From a virus (taxonomy: Duplodnaviria; Caudoviricetes), in IMG/VR virus record IMGVR_UViG_3300030708_001387, positions 1-31,940 of that record: DNA of 31,940 nucleotides; one strand, given 5' to 3'. Shown here in pieces: positions 1 through 8,025 of this stretch (position 1 is the stretch's first letter; every line of letters begins with the position of its first letter). The position numbers and the translations under genes were made by a program. The notes beneath the pieces were generated by a model that was not told the origin of the DNA, ran no database searches, and saw only the letters and a list, made by a program, of their open reading frames with translations.

Positions 1-38
1 GCACACCTCTCCGAAAAAAATTTACAAAATTGAACTTT

Positions 39-72
39 TGACCTCTGTAGTGACCTCGCAACATTCAAGCGT
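39..72 (+). promoter_or_regulatory. Tandem TGACCTC-N4-GTGACCTC site plus TATA-like box (TTCAAG) of a leaderless promoter
   Basis: TGACCTC at 39-45, GTGACCTC at 50-57 and TTCAAG at 64-69 (about -29 to -24 from GTG 93). The block 50-72 recurs at 458-480 with one mismatch. Confidence 0.7.
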
Positions 73-92
73 GGTCCCCCTATCCCACAACT

Positions 93-461
93 GTGTCCGC
101 TTTCGAGTATGCATGGTCTGTATTGAAAGCATACGAAGTTGATGGTAAGTTATCCATGACACCAAACCCTGAAGATAACTATAACCTAACATTCCCTACC
201 CGAACAGATGCTGCTTTGGATGAGATTTATTCTACTTCCCCTCGTCATTTTGCCATCCCCGGTCGCCATGACGCAAAGATGGGGCGAACAGCACCGGTTG
301 ATAGAGAAAGAAACTTAGTGCGAATTATGGCTGATTACCTTGGTGTTAGTGAAATGGATGCGCTTGATTTAATGTATCCTCAATTTACAAACCCTGAAAA
401 TAAATCCCTTGAGGGTGATGACCAACATATGTTCCAAAGGCATGAATTAAGTTACATGTGA
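93..461 (+). CDS. Hypothetical protein with N-terminal SAFEYAWSVLK tag (putative virion-internal cargo)
   Basis: 122-aa ORF from GTG. The N-terminal tag is shared with neighbouring ORFs and the gene has its own promoter block. Confidence 0.75.
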   Translation: MSAFEYAWSVLKAYEVDGKLSMTPNPEDNYNLTFPTRTDAALDEIYSTSPRHFAIPGRHDAKMGRTAPVDRERNLVRIMADYLGVSEMDALDLMYPQFTNPENKSLEGDDQHMFQRHELSYM

Positions 462-480
462 CCTCACAACATTCAAGCGT
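458..480 (+). promoter_or_regulatory. GTGACCTC motif plus TTCAAG TATA-like box
   Basis: gtgacctcacaacattcaagcgt is 22/23 identical to 50-72. It starts 43 bp before GTG 501, and its TGA is the stop codon of the upstream ORF. Confidence 0.7.
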
Positions 481-500
481 CGCACCGTTGTCCGATGACT

Positions 501-875
501 GTGTCCGCCTTCGAGTATGCATGGGCCTTACTCAAGTCAGTTGACTTCAGAGACATCGCTCCTATGCCCACTCGATACATTACGCATCCAGATTCTGTTC
601 GATATGGAGAAACAAAACCAAGAAGATTAACCAGTCCTTTCAAAGAAGTGTATGAGCAGCAACCAAAAAGAGAGCAAGCCTACATGGAAGAAACATACAT
701 ACCGGAATTACAAGCAATGCTTGAACGACAGGCCATGATTCAAGCAATGAAAAATCAACAACTTCCTGACGAACAAACGCAAAACTTCGCAACCCGTGAA
801 ATGTTGAGGAATAGAGGTGATGCGAGCGGTGTGATGTATAATTTACCTGAGTATATTCCAGAGAGTTATCGTTAA
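501..875 (+). CDS. Hypothetical protein with N-terminal SAFEYAWALLK tag
   Basis: The ORF track start is 495. GTG 501 is preferred because it reproduces the 43-bp spacing and the actgtgtccgc context seen at 93. Confidence 0.75.
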   Translation: MSAFEYAWALLKSVDFRDIAPMPTRYITHPDSVRYGETKPRRLTSPFKEVYEQQPKREQAYMEETYIPELQAMLERQAMIQAMKNQQLPDEQTQNFATREMLRNRGDASGVMYNLPEYIPESYR

Positions 876-897
876 GTGACCTCGCAATCTTCAACTC
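876..897 (+). promoter_or_regulatory. GTGACCTC motif plus TTCAAC TATA-like box
   Basis: gtgacctcgcaatcttcaactc follows TAA 873-875 directly and begins 44 bp before ATG 920. Confidence 0.65.
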
Positions 898-919
898 CTA
901 CCCCCACCTGCGTAAGCCC

Positions 920-1471
920 ATGAGTGGCGCCTTCGACTTTGCATGGGCCGTCCTCAAAGCACCAGTATACCTCGGTGGACTGGGAGAGACGCCTCCTACA
1001 CAATACGGTCGCCATTACGAAATGCTACCTAACTTGGAGCAGTTTGGTGGCTTCATGTGGCAGTCCGAAGACGGGATGTCTCGTGGAACCATGCGTCCTG
1101 ATTTTTATCACAATTCACTACTAATCAATAATTTTGAGATGGGGGGTCCGATGCGTAATCAGGGGAATGCTCGCGAGTATCTTCAACAAATGATTGACGA
1201 GGGCCATGCGCAGTTTGACCATGAGTTAGACGGCATACACGTTACCAATGTTGAGCCACATACTGCTGGTTTTTGGAACAAATTAGTTGATGAGGGTATG
1301 CTCGATGGTGCCCATGAGCGAAGTAGCATCCGAATAAATCTCGATGGTGATGAGCATTTTACCCATGCCTATGATAGCAAAACCAAACAACCGTGGGGAC
1401 ATGAGTTGAGCGAGGACTATGCTGATTATCACGATTTACCAAGAGAGGGATATTTGGATAACCTTCAATAG
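920..1471 (+). CDS. GNAT-family acetyltransferase-like protein with N-terminal AFDFAWAVLK tag
   Basis: LLINNFEM followed by RNQGNAREYL fits GNAT motif A (R/QxxGxA), and TAGFWNKL fits motif B. Confidence 0.6.
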   Translation: MSGAFDFAWAVLKAPVYLGGLGETPPTQYGRHYEMLPNLEQFGGFMWQSEDGMSRGTMRPDFYHNSLLINNFEMGGPMRNQGNAREYLQQMIDEGHAQFDHELDGIHVTNVEPHTAGFWNKLVDEGMLDGAHERSSIRINLDGDEHFTHAYDSKTKQPWGHELSEDYADYHDLPREGYLDNLQ

Positions 1472-1494
1472 CGTAGCCCCCGTGCGTGAGAACA

Positions 1495-1728
1495 ATGTCT
1501 CCGTTTGATATTGCTTGGATGTTACTCAAAGAAGATGAGAAGTTCAAGCCTGAGCCTTCACGCACAGAGGAAGGACAAAAACAACACCCTTCAACAACTT
1601 ACGGTATGAAAACCCCTTCTATGACAAGAAAACCCACTGCTTCACTACGCACTGGTCGAGTTCCAGCACGGGCTTCTCAAGAAGACATGGAAGAATTTAT
1701 GAGAATTAACAGTCCTAAGGACGAGTGA
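1495..1728 (+). CDS. Small low-complexity protein with N-terminal SPFDIAWMLLK tag
   Basis: ATG 1495 gives MSPFDIAWMLLK, with TATA-like TTCAATA at 1464-1470. Confidence 0.7.
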   Translation: MSPFDIAWMLLKEDEKFKPEPSRTEEGQKQHPSTTYGMKTPSMTRKPTASLRTGRVPARASQEDMEEFMRINSPKDE

Positions 1729-1753
1729 CCTCTGAAGAGGTAAGTGTTAAATC
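1725..1753 (+). promoter_or_regulatory. GTGACCTC motif and TATA-like GTTAAAT
   Basis: GTGACCTC at 1725-1732 overlaps the TGA stop and lies 44 bp before ATG 1769. Confidence 0.55.
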
Positions 1754-1768
1754 TACACCGCCCCTGCG

Positions 1769-1930
1769 ATGCACATGCTTGGAGTATTCCTCATCAGTTT
1801 TGTATTCGTTTTAATGGTCGTTGCGTTCTACCTCATGTTTAGTGAGGGTGTAGAAATCAAGCAACTGTTTGATGAAGAAGGCGAACTTGATGAGATGTTT
1901 ATTGAAGGGCTGCGGAGGTCGCAGCGTTGA
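1769..1930 (+). CDS. Small single-pass membrane protein, 53 aa (absent from the ORF track)
   Basis: Translates to MHMLGVFLISFVFVLMVVAFYLMFSEGVEIKQLFDEEGELDEMFIEGLRRSQR. Its stop overlaps the TTG start of the next gene (TTGA). Alternative start at 1775. Confidence 0.7.
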   Translation: MHMLGVFLISFVFVLMVVAFYLMFSEGVEIKQLFDEEGELDEMFIEGLRRSQR

Positions 1931-2760
1931 CTGTAACTGTCTATGAAGTTGGTCCTCGCGATGGTTTGCAGAGCATCAAGCCCTTCATAGACACGGACAT
2001 CAAGCGTCAACTTATTAGCGCTCTCTACGAGGCTGGCCTCGAAAATATCGAAGAAGTTTCATTCGCACATCCGCGACTTGTGCCTCAAATGTCTGACGCA
2101 GAGGATGTTTTTACAGGAAGAGGCGCAGGTCTTGTAATGAATCAGCGCGGGTTTGAACGTGCCCGAATCATCAATGTCGAAAAAATCAACTTAGTCATAT
2201 CACCTTGTGAGACATTTAGTATGAAAAACTTAGGAAAACCACATAGCGAAGTAGTGCATGAATACTGGTCGTTCATGAATGGATATCCAAAAGATAAGGT
2301 CCGCGTTTACATCTCAATGGCATTTGGCTCTCCACATAGCGGTGAAATCACAAAGCGCCGAATGAAAGCGATGTTAAGAGATGTAGCATTATTTGGAGAC
2401 ACTGTGGTTTTCTCTGACACTATCGGAGTTGGTTGCACAGATAACGTTCACACTTGGGTCCGTATGGCACGTGACGAAAATCTTACTCCTGCACTTCACC
2501 TGCATCACAAAGGTGATGAATTAAAGGCACTTCAACTCATACGTGCTGGGTTAATTGCCGGAGTCACTGAGTTTGATAGTAGCATTGGTGGGCTTGGTGG
2601 ATGTCCTTTTGCTGAAGGCAGTGGTGCGAATCTTTCAACTGAAACATTGGTTCGTCATCTAAACTCATGGGGAATCGACTGCGGTATCCACGAAGAGTCA
2701 CTAAATAAGGCAACAAAAATTGCTTGGAAGATAAAGAACGAAAGCGCAATTGCTATATGA
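1927..2760 (+). CDS. hmgL: Hydroxymethylglutaryl-CoA lyase (DRE-TIM metallolyase), auxiliary metabolic gene
   Basis: Motifs EVGPRDGLQ, metal-binding HLH and GGLGGCPFAEGSGANLSTE with the catalytic Cys. Full TIM-barrel length of 277 aa. Confidence 0.88.
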   Translation: MTVTVYEVGPRDGLQSIKPFIDTDIKRQLISALYEAGLENIEEVSFAHPRLVPQMSDAEDVFTGRGAGLVMNQRGFERARIINVEKINLVISPCETFSMKNLGKPHSEVVHEYWSFMNGYPKDKVRVYISMAFGSPHSGEITKRRMKAMLRDVALFGDTVVFSDTIGVGCTDNVHTWVRMARDENLTPALHLHHKGDELKALQLIRAGLIAGVTEFDSSIGGLGGCPFAEGSGANLSTETLVRHLNSWGIDCGIHEESLNKATKIAWKIKNESAIAI

Positions 2761-2783
2761 TACAGCACTGTGCGATAAAGCAG

Positions 2784-3296
2784 ATGTCCGCGTTCAACTT
2801 TGCATGGTCTATCATCAAAGCAATGCCGGGTGACCCTCGAATTGAGCAAATGAGAAACTATGTTCTCTCGAACAGTAACAGTCCTTCGCCTGAGGTGCGT
2901 GAAAGCGCTGAGAATGTATATAGATATATAACAAGTATAAACTCAGGACAAGACCCCGGCCCAATGCCTAAGATGTTTGATATGCATGAAATCATACGAC
3001 TAAACGCAGAAGGAGGCTTACCACGAGGCGCAATGGCTTCTCAACAAGCGGTTGGCACAAGAGGTATGCCTATGATGCCTCCAAGAACTGACGATTTGAG
3101 TGGATTGCCTATGGCAGCACAAGAAGCACTTAGAGCAGCGCAAGCAAAACGCGCTAGACCTGCACGCATGAGTAGAATGCCTTCGGAAGCAGAAGAAAGA
3201 GCAATGGCTGATGTTGACATGATGCGTGAGGTATCCAAAGGTCTTTCACCAATGCAGAGAGCAATGCGTCACATTATCAACAAACACTTTGCTTAA
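2784..3296 (+). CDS. Met/Arg/Ala-rich protein with N-terminal SAFNFAWSIIK tag
   Basis: ATG 2784 gives the tag. TATA-like CTATATGA at 2753-2760 is at about -31 to -24. Confidence 0.75.
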   Translation: MSAFNFAWSIIKAMPGDPRIEQMRNYVLSNSNSPSPEVRESAENVYRYITSINSGQDPGPMPKMFDMHEIIRLNAEGGLPRGAMASQQAVGTRGMPMMPPRTDDLSGLPMAAQEALRAAQAKRARPARMSRMPSEAEERAMADVDMMREVSKGLSPMQRAMRHIINKHFA

Positions 3297-3347
3297 TTCC
3301 GCTTCTTAAGTGGGAATGCTTTTCATCCGTAGCGTGTTCGCAAGTTC

Positions 3348-4544
3348 ATGCCAGCGCCAGCAGCAGCCGGTGCATTGGTGGGTGTTGTCGGAAGGCTTGC
3401 TGGTAAAAAAGGCGCACAAGCGGCGGCAGGTGCTGCGGCAGGTGCTGCGGCAGGTGCTGCGGCAAAGGAAGGTGCTGAAGAAGCAGTTGAAGGTGGCGCA
3501 AAAGCGGTTGCTGGTAAGGTGCAACAAGGATTAGGAATGGTCCAAGCCAATCAACAACAAGCCCAGCAAAAAAGACAAAACATGCAACAGCGCTTACAAG
3601 ATGCTACTCGCGAAGGAGCAAGCACTGGTTCTACGATAGGGAAAGCAGTTCTTGTGAAAGAGCGTAAGTCCCCTGAAGCCATGCGCCATAAGCGCGAATA
3701 CGACAAGAAATACGAGTCATCCCCGGAACGCGTGAAATACCGTGAAGAACTGAACCGTGAGCGTCGGCGTCGTGGAATCTACGGCTCGCATGACCACATG
3801 GATGTCAGTCACACGGAAGGTGGGGGCCTAACTCTTGAAAGTCAACACGCGAACCGGGGGCGGCACTTCAAAGACAAAGGAACGCTTCGTGTGGTAAAAG
3901 CAAGAGACGTTCGTGATTTTACTGAACAATACCCTGATTTACAATTTCGTCAAACTGAGGTATTGGAAGACCCGTTAGAAACCTATGGTCTTTCAACAAC
4001 ACCTCGTGAACCAATGCTTTCATCAAATAAGTTTTCAACACGATTAACACCAACTTCAGATTTTGCTAATGCTCAATTTCGCACTATGGACCCTGCTCGT
4101 GTTGCAATTTTACAACGCTTTGCTGACCGTAGTCGAGTGAAAAGACCAGTTAAAATTGAACAGACAGTCGGAATGGGTGAAAATGCTGATTTTGGTCCTC
4201 ATAGCAATCTTTCAGACATGTCTTCTCTTTATGATGACTATTTCTTAGAAAGCGCTAATTATGCTCAACCACCATATTCTGATGAAGAAATTCAAGCATA
4301 CCGTGAACAATTTCCTAAAACAAGATTCGATGACCGAATGACCATGCAAGATATCCGTAATTTCAAAAAGTCCCTTAGTGAAGACCTAGAACTTCTACGC
4401 AATCTTTTGGCGGGACCAATGGATGAACAGGACAAGAAAATCGGTCTTGCAATGGTCGGTATGTTAGAAGAGCGTCATGAAAATGACGATGAAGAAGAAG
4501 AGGAAGACAAGTTCAAACACGAGTATCATGGTGGATTTTTGTGA
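3348..4544 (+). CDS. Modular protein: Gly/Ala-rich N-terminus, HNH-like (beta-beta-alpha) module, unknown module, acidic tail
   Basis: The segment 3660-3899 (REYDKKY...DHMDVSHTEGGGLTLESQHANRGR) resembles small phage HNH proteins and is bounded by VLVK|E and VVK|A. Confidence 0.65.
   Translation: MPAPAAAGALVGVVGRLAGKKGAQAAAGAAAGAAAGAAAKEGAEEAVEGGAKAVAGKVQQGLGMVQANQQQAQQKRQNMQQRLQDATREGASTGSTIGKAVLVKERKSPEAMRHKREYDKKYESSPERVKYREELNRERRRRGIYGSHDHMDVSHTEGGGLTLESQHANRGRHFKDKGTLRVVKARDVRDFTEQYPDLQFRQTEVLEDPLETYGLSTTPREPMLSSNKFSTRLTPTSDFANAQFRTMDPARVAILQRFADRSRVKRPVKIEQTVGMGENADFGPHSNLSDMSSLYDDYFLESANYAQPPYSDEEIQAYREQFPKTRFDDRMTMQDIRNFKKSLSEDLELLRNLLAGPMDEQDKKIGLAMVGMLEERHENDDEEEEEDKFKHEYHGGFL
3423..3464 (+). 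repeat. 12-bp tandem repeat (gcggcaggtgct) x3.5 encoding GAAA repeats
   Basis: Exact copies at 3423, 3435 and 3447, with a partial copy at 3459. Confidence 0.9.
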
Positions 4545-4552
4545 AGATTGTA

Positions 4553-4575
4553 AAGATAATAGTTTATATTATCTT
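4553..4575. promoter_or_regulatory. AT-rich inverted repeat in an intergenic region
   Basis: aagataata-gttta-tattatctt (9-bp arms) lies inside the strongly AT-rich gap 4545-4650. Confidence 0.4.
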
Positions 4576-4650
4576 AATATTTAGTAAATAATACAAACAA
4601 TATACTTTACATTCTTTACTATTGCTCTCGCATCATTCGCTACCTTTATC

Positions 4651-5271
4651 ATGACCTCTACGGTGGACACTCCAGTGGTCGCTATGGATGAGTATGAGCA
4701 ACACGACGCAGAAATCCGATTGATGGGACTGATTCTCGCACAGAGTATCTTAGTCGCTATCGCTGTCGGCATCTTTAGTTCGGGCGTTTGGCTACCGGGA
4801 GGAAGCGGAGCATCTGATTGGGTGAATGGATTGACATATGGTATGGGAGCATTGGCTGTTCAAGTCCTTGCTTACTACGTTTTCAAGATGTTCTTTGAGC
4901 AGCAAATGAGAGAGCGAGTGAGAATGACGAACATTGAACGACAACGCACATCGAAGTATCGAAACATGCAACAGTCATTCGACCATCGTCGCGCTGAAAT
5001 GGAGATTCGTCTCCAAGAGGCACAACTTGAGCGAGAACTTCGATGGATGGAAGCCAATCCCGGTAAAATGCCTCCAAGTTGGGGTGTTCAGGGCGGTGGG
5101 CCTTCTATCATTGGTGCTTTCGATGCTAAGCAAAATGAGCGTTTTGACGGAAGTCGCATTCCTACACACGAGGCTGAATCTCAAACACCTGTTAATCTTG
5201 GAATTAAAGACGATGTCCCACTCACAAAGGATGGTAAGCCCGATAAGCGATATACCAAGAAGAGTGAGTGA
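4651..5271 (+). CDS. Membrane protein with two TM helices and a cytoplasmic coiled coil
   Basis: Hydrophobic LMGLILAQSILVAIAVGIF and GLTYGMGALAVQVLAYYVF, followed by a charged helical region. Confidence 0.75.
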   Translation: MTSTVDTPVVAMDEYEQHDAEIRLMGLILAQSILVAIAVGIFSSGVWLPGGSGASDWVNGLTYGMGALAVQVLAYYVFKMFFEQQMRERVRMTNIERQRTSKYRNMQQSFDHRRAEMEIRLQEAQLERELRWMEANPGKMPPSWGVQGGGPSIIGAFDAKQNERFDGSRIPTHEAESQTPVNLGIKDDVPLTKDGKPDKRYTKKSE

Positions 5272-5276
5272 AGTGT

Positions 5277-5531
5277 ATGGGCCGTATCTTCAAAACTCCC
5301 TCTGATAACGCTACAGAGGAAACTCTTCGCGCAATGCACATTGCAAACACAGTTGATACAACTTATGAGCGAACTTGGGGCTGGGTCAAGACAATAATTG
5401 CATCCGCTATTACCGCCTTAGTAGTTAGTGGTTTCGAGTTTTACAACCCTAATTTTAGTTTATTCGACAATACTGTAGATTGGGGTGTTGGTAAATTAAG
5501 AGATTTCATTGACTGGTTGAAATGGTGGTAA
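5277..5531 (+). CDS. Small membrane protein
   Basis: TM segment WVKTIIASAITALVVSGF and amphipathic Trp-rich C-terminus KLRDFIDWLKWW. Confidence 0.7.
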   Translation: MGRIFKTPSDNATEETLRAMHIANTVDTTYERTWGWVKTIIASAITALVVSGFEFYNPNFSLFDNTVDWGVGKLRDFIDWLKWW

Positions 5532-5534
5532 CGT

Positions 5535-6248
5535 ATGCCTGACCCAACAGGAACCGCACTGGTTGGTGCGGCCATGTGGGGTCAAATGTTGTATCATACT
5601 TATCGACCCCGAAGAGTTGGTATTTATGGAGCACCTATGGTTGGGAAAACAACACTTGACCGATACATGACCACACCGGGTGAGATGGAAGAAATAGAAG
5701 AGCGAACGATACACAATCGAATCTTGAAATTAGGTAATTATAGAATGCCTAAGCCTACACGGAAACGACTTTCTTGGAACAATGAACGTCGTCTTGTGTT
5801 TTCATCTGACGTTGGTGGTGACACGAGATTTTGGAATCTTTGGGTAGAAGATATGGTAACACGTGGAGTTGAAGGTGTAGTATATATGTTCGATGACCGT
5901 GCGTTCAAGGGTGAAGACGCTGGAGAGCAAATTGCGGGATTTCGCTTTCTTGTTGACAGAGTTATTGCTCGCGATTATCGCTACCGCTCTCTTTGGTCAC
6001 GATTGAAAGGTCGTCGTTATCATCCTCGTATTATCATGCTTGTTGCAAACAAAGCAGACCGTTTCTTTGACGACACGGCATCTAAGTTGTGGCGGGATGG
6101 TAGAATTGGTGAGCACAAGATATTCGACCCATTTCGTGATGACCTCATTCGCTTGCAAAAAGCAGGTATACCAACTAAGCGTTCTTTCATGGCTACGCGC
6201 ATAGGTTGGAACGTAGAAAAGACAATGTTGGATTTATTGACCCTTTGA
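5535..6248 (+). CDS. Small P-loop GTPase, Arf/Ras-like
   Basis: G1 GAPMVGKT, G2 Thr (ERTI), G3 DVGG, VEGVVYMFD strand, G4 NKAD, G5-like MATRIG, and an N-terminal hydrophobic helix. Confidence 0.85.
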   Translation: MPDPTGTALVGAAMWGQMLYHTYRPRRVGIYGAPMVGKTTLDRYMTTPGEMEEIEERTIHNRILKLGNYRMPKPTRKRLSWNNERRLVFSSDVGGDTRFWNLWVEDMVTRGVEGVVYMFDDRAFKGEDAGEQIAGFRFLVDRVIARDYRYRSLWSRLKGRRYHPRIIMLVANKADRFFDDTASKLWRDGRIGEHKIFDPFRDDLIRLQKAGIPTKRSFMATRIGWNVEKTMLDLLTL

Positions 6249-6283
6249 GTGACCTTTATGTGCGACAGGAGTGTGGGATAGTC

Positions 6284-6454
6284 ATGGTCAGCACGCGTCT
6301 TGTCTCCACAGGCGGAACAAGTCGTAGTTTGCGCACCACCGTTCCTCAATGGGTTGTAGAGCATTTTTCTCTTACTCCCGGTGACGCTGTTAATTGGGCA
6401 CTTAAAGTTGAGAACGGAGAGGTGTCTCTCGTTGTGACTCCCAAAAAGGATTGA
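6284..6454 (+). CDS. AbrB/MazE/SpoVT-family swapped-hairpin DNA-binding protein
   Basis: SLRTTVPQWVVEHFSLTPGDAVNW matches the archaeal AbrB pattern. TTTATG at 6255-6260 sits at about -29 from ATG 6284. Confidence 0.8.
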   Translation: MVSTRLVSTGGTSRSLRTTVPQWVVEHFSLTPGDAVNWALKVENGEVSLVVTPKKD

Positions 6455-7380
6455 TTTACGTGATGATGCGACAGAACGAACAGGTTTCTTTGGCAAGTGT
6501 CAATGAGGCTCATCTTTCTATGCTTGCCGCACAAGGTAATGAACAACTCACTCAAGCCGCTCTTTCAGAAATGGTCAACGCACAGCAAGCCATGCAAGCG
6601 GCGGCTGAAGTGCGAAATATCGAAGTCCCGAAGGTTAACTTCTATCCGAGCACACACCCCGACCCTCGGAAAGCACGCCGGAGGGACATCAAACAGGCTT
6701 ACAAACTTCTTCAACCAGCAAAGAGAAGTCGGTTTTCTCCTCTACGTTGGTTTGGAAACAAGTATCGTTACGACAAAGATACTGGAGTTTGTGTCGTTGA
6801 TGGTTGTGATGTGGCGGAACTTATCAAGCATGATAACCTCTACATGCGTATTTGCGATGAAGACACAGGTCGTAGTTTGTGGGAAATGTATTGGCAGAAT
6901 CCTGTTACTGGTGAGCCTGAAGCGTTCATTGCCCGTGACAAGGTAACAAGTGGTCGTAAAATGCGTGGCACATATTGTCCTGAACATCTTCACCTCTATC
7001 ATTTGTTAAAGAAATGGGAAGCAGAAGAAGAAAAAGAAAAAGAGATGAATCCAAATCGTCTTCGTGACAAAGTAAAGCGGGGTGTCTCGATTGTCTCAGT
7101 CCCTGTGGCTTCTGTAAAAAAGAAAGACCCACAACCTGCAATGCTCCAAAAGTATGAACCGTTCTTTGCTGAACTTGAACGTGACTCAGGGAAAACAAAA
7201 GGCATCAGTATTCTTCACTACAAGAACCCAGTTACTGAGGTAAATGATGTCACAATGATTGTCTTTGATTTGCGTATTTTCCAAGCAGAATTAGAGGCAA
7301 TGAATACTCCAACTCAGGCGTTTCAAGATTTAGTCGCTCAACAGAACATTGATTCGACACAAGGTCTTGGGGGTGAGTAG
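6451..7380 (+). CDS. Hypothetical protein with a putative Zn site (CVVDGC...CPEH)
   Basis: Long ORF coupled to both neighbours. The start could be 6451 (TTG) or ATG 6463/6466. Confidence 0.7.
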   Translation: MIYVMMRQNEQVSLASVNEAHLSMLAAQGNEQLTQAALSEMVNAQQAMQAAAEVRNIEVPKVNFYPSTHPDPRKARRRDIKQAYKLLQPAKRSRFSPLRWFGNKYRYDKDTGVCVVDGCDVAELIKHDNLYMRICDEDTGRSLWEMYWQNPVTGEPEAFIARDKVTSGRKMRGTYCPEHLHLYHLLKKWEAEEEKEKEMNPNRLRDKVKRGVSIVSVPVASVKKKDPQPAMLQKYEPFFAELERDSGKTKGISILHYKNPVTEVNDVTMIVFDLRIFQAELEAMNTPTQAFQDLVAQQNIDSTQGLGGE

Positions 7381-8025
7381 ATGTTCAACTTCGGCACACA
7401 ACCAACACAACCCGGTTCCTTAAATTTATCAGCCACTGGCGCACCAGTCGCTGCCCAGCAGTCATTTGGTTTCGCTCAACAACCTGTTCAACAAATGCAA
7501 CAAAATCCTATGATGCAAGGTATGATGGGTGGCATGGGAGTTACCCCTCAACAACAGCAGTTCATGCAACAACCTGTTACACCTCCAAGTGAAATGGAAA
7601 TACTCAATGCTCTTCTTATCTCACAGAACCCACTTCATCGCTTCATTAAAGACGGTGGTCTTGGGACTTTAGTCGAAATTGTAGCAGCGACTACAACTCT
7701 TTCACTTCTTACAATTCTCAAAGATGCAACTTTTGCAATTGATGAAGATGAAGGTGGTATGAAGTTAGATACAGCCAGCCTACCTGAAAATCTCAAAACG
7801 TTAAGTGCAGAAAATGTGGGTATTCTCATCAATCAAATGGTTGCAAACAGCACACAAACTGTGCAACAGGCTGAGATGCAACGTCAACAAATTATCGCCG
7901 TATCCCAACAATCCATGATGGGTGGTGCTCTTCAAGCAGCGCTCGCGAACGAAGGAATGATGGAGAAGGTTGGAGGTGGCATTGGAAGTGTCGCTCGCTC
8001 CTTCATGGGTCTACCAAAACAGTGA
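7381..8025 (+). CDS. Gln/Met-rich protein with a hydrophobic helix and amphipathic C-terminus
   Basis: Low-complexity N-terminus, LGTLVEIVAATTTLSLLTIL, and C-terminal MMEKVGGGIGSVARSFMG. SD-like GGTGA upstream. Confidence 0.7.
   Translation: MFNFGTQPTQPGSLNLSATGAPVAAQQSFGFAQQPVQQMQQNPMMQGMMGGMGVTPQQQQFMQQPVTPPSEMEILNALLISQNPLHRFIKDGGLGTLVEIVAATTTLSLLTILKDATFAIDEDEGGMKLDTASLPENLKTLSAENVGILINQMVANSTQTVQQAEMQRQQIIAVSQQSMMGGALQAALANEGMMEKVGGGIGSVARSFMGLPKQ

Noticed and set aside
1-38. A/T tract (cgaaaaaaatttacaaaatt) as a genome terminus or pac site
   Set aside because: It is at the window edge and cannot be assessed without upstream sequence or read data.
50-1732. GTGACCTC-containing repeats as a CRISPR array or integron attC sites
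   Set aside because: The intervals are whole genes of 400-850 bp, the repeats are not palindromic, and no cas or integrase gene is present. Fixed spacing to start codons fits promoters.
6284-6454. MazE/VapB antitoxin of a toxin-antitoxin pair
   Set aside because: No adjacent PIN or MazF-like toxin is recognisable, and the protein lacks a C-terminal neutralising tail.
6020-6496. Long minus-strand ORFs (also 8633-9067, 13225-13806, 14482-15006, 28806-29306)
   Set aside because: They are antisense shadows of well-supported + strand genes and have no recognisable motifs.
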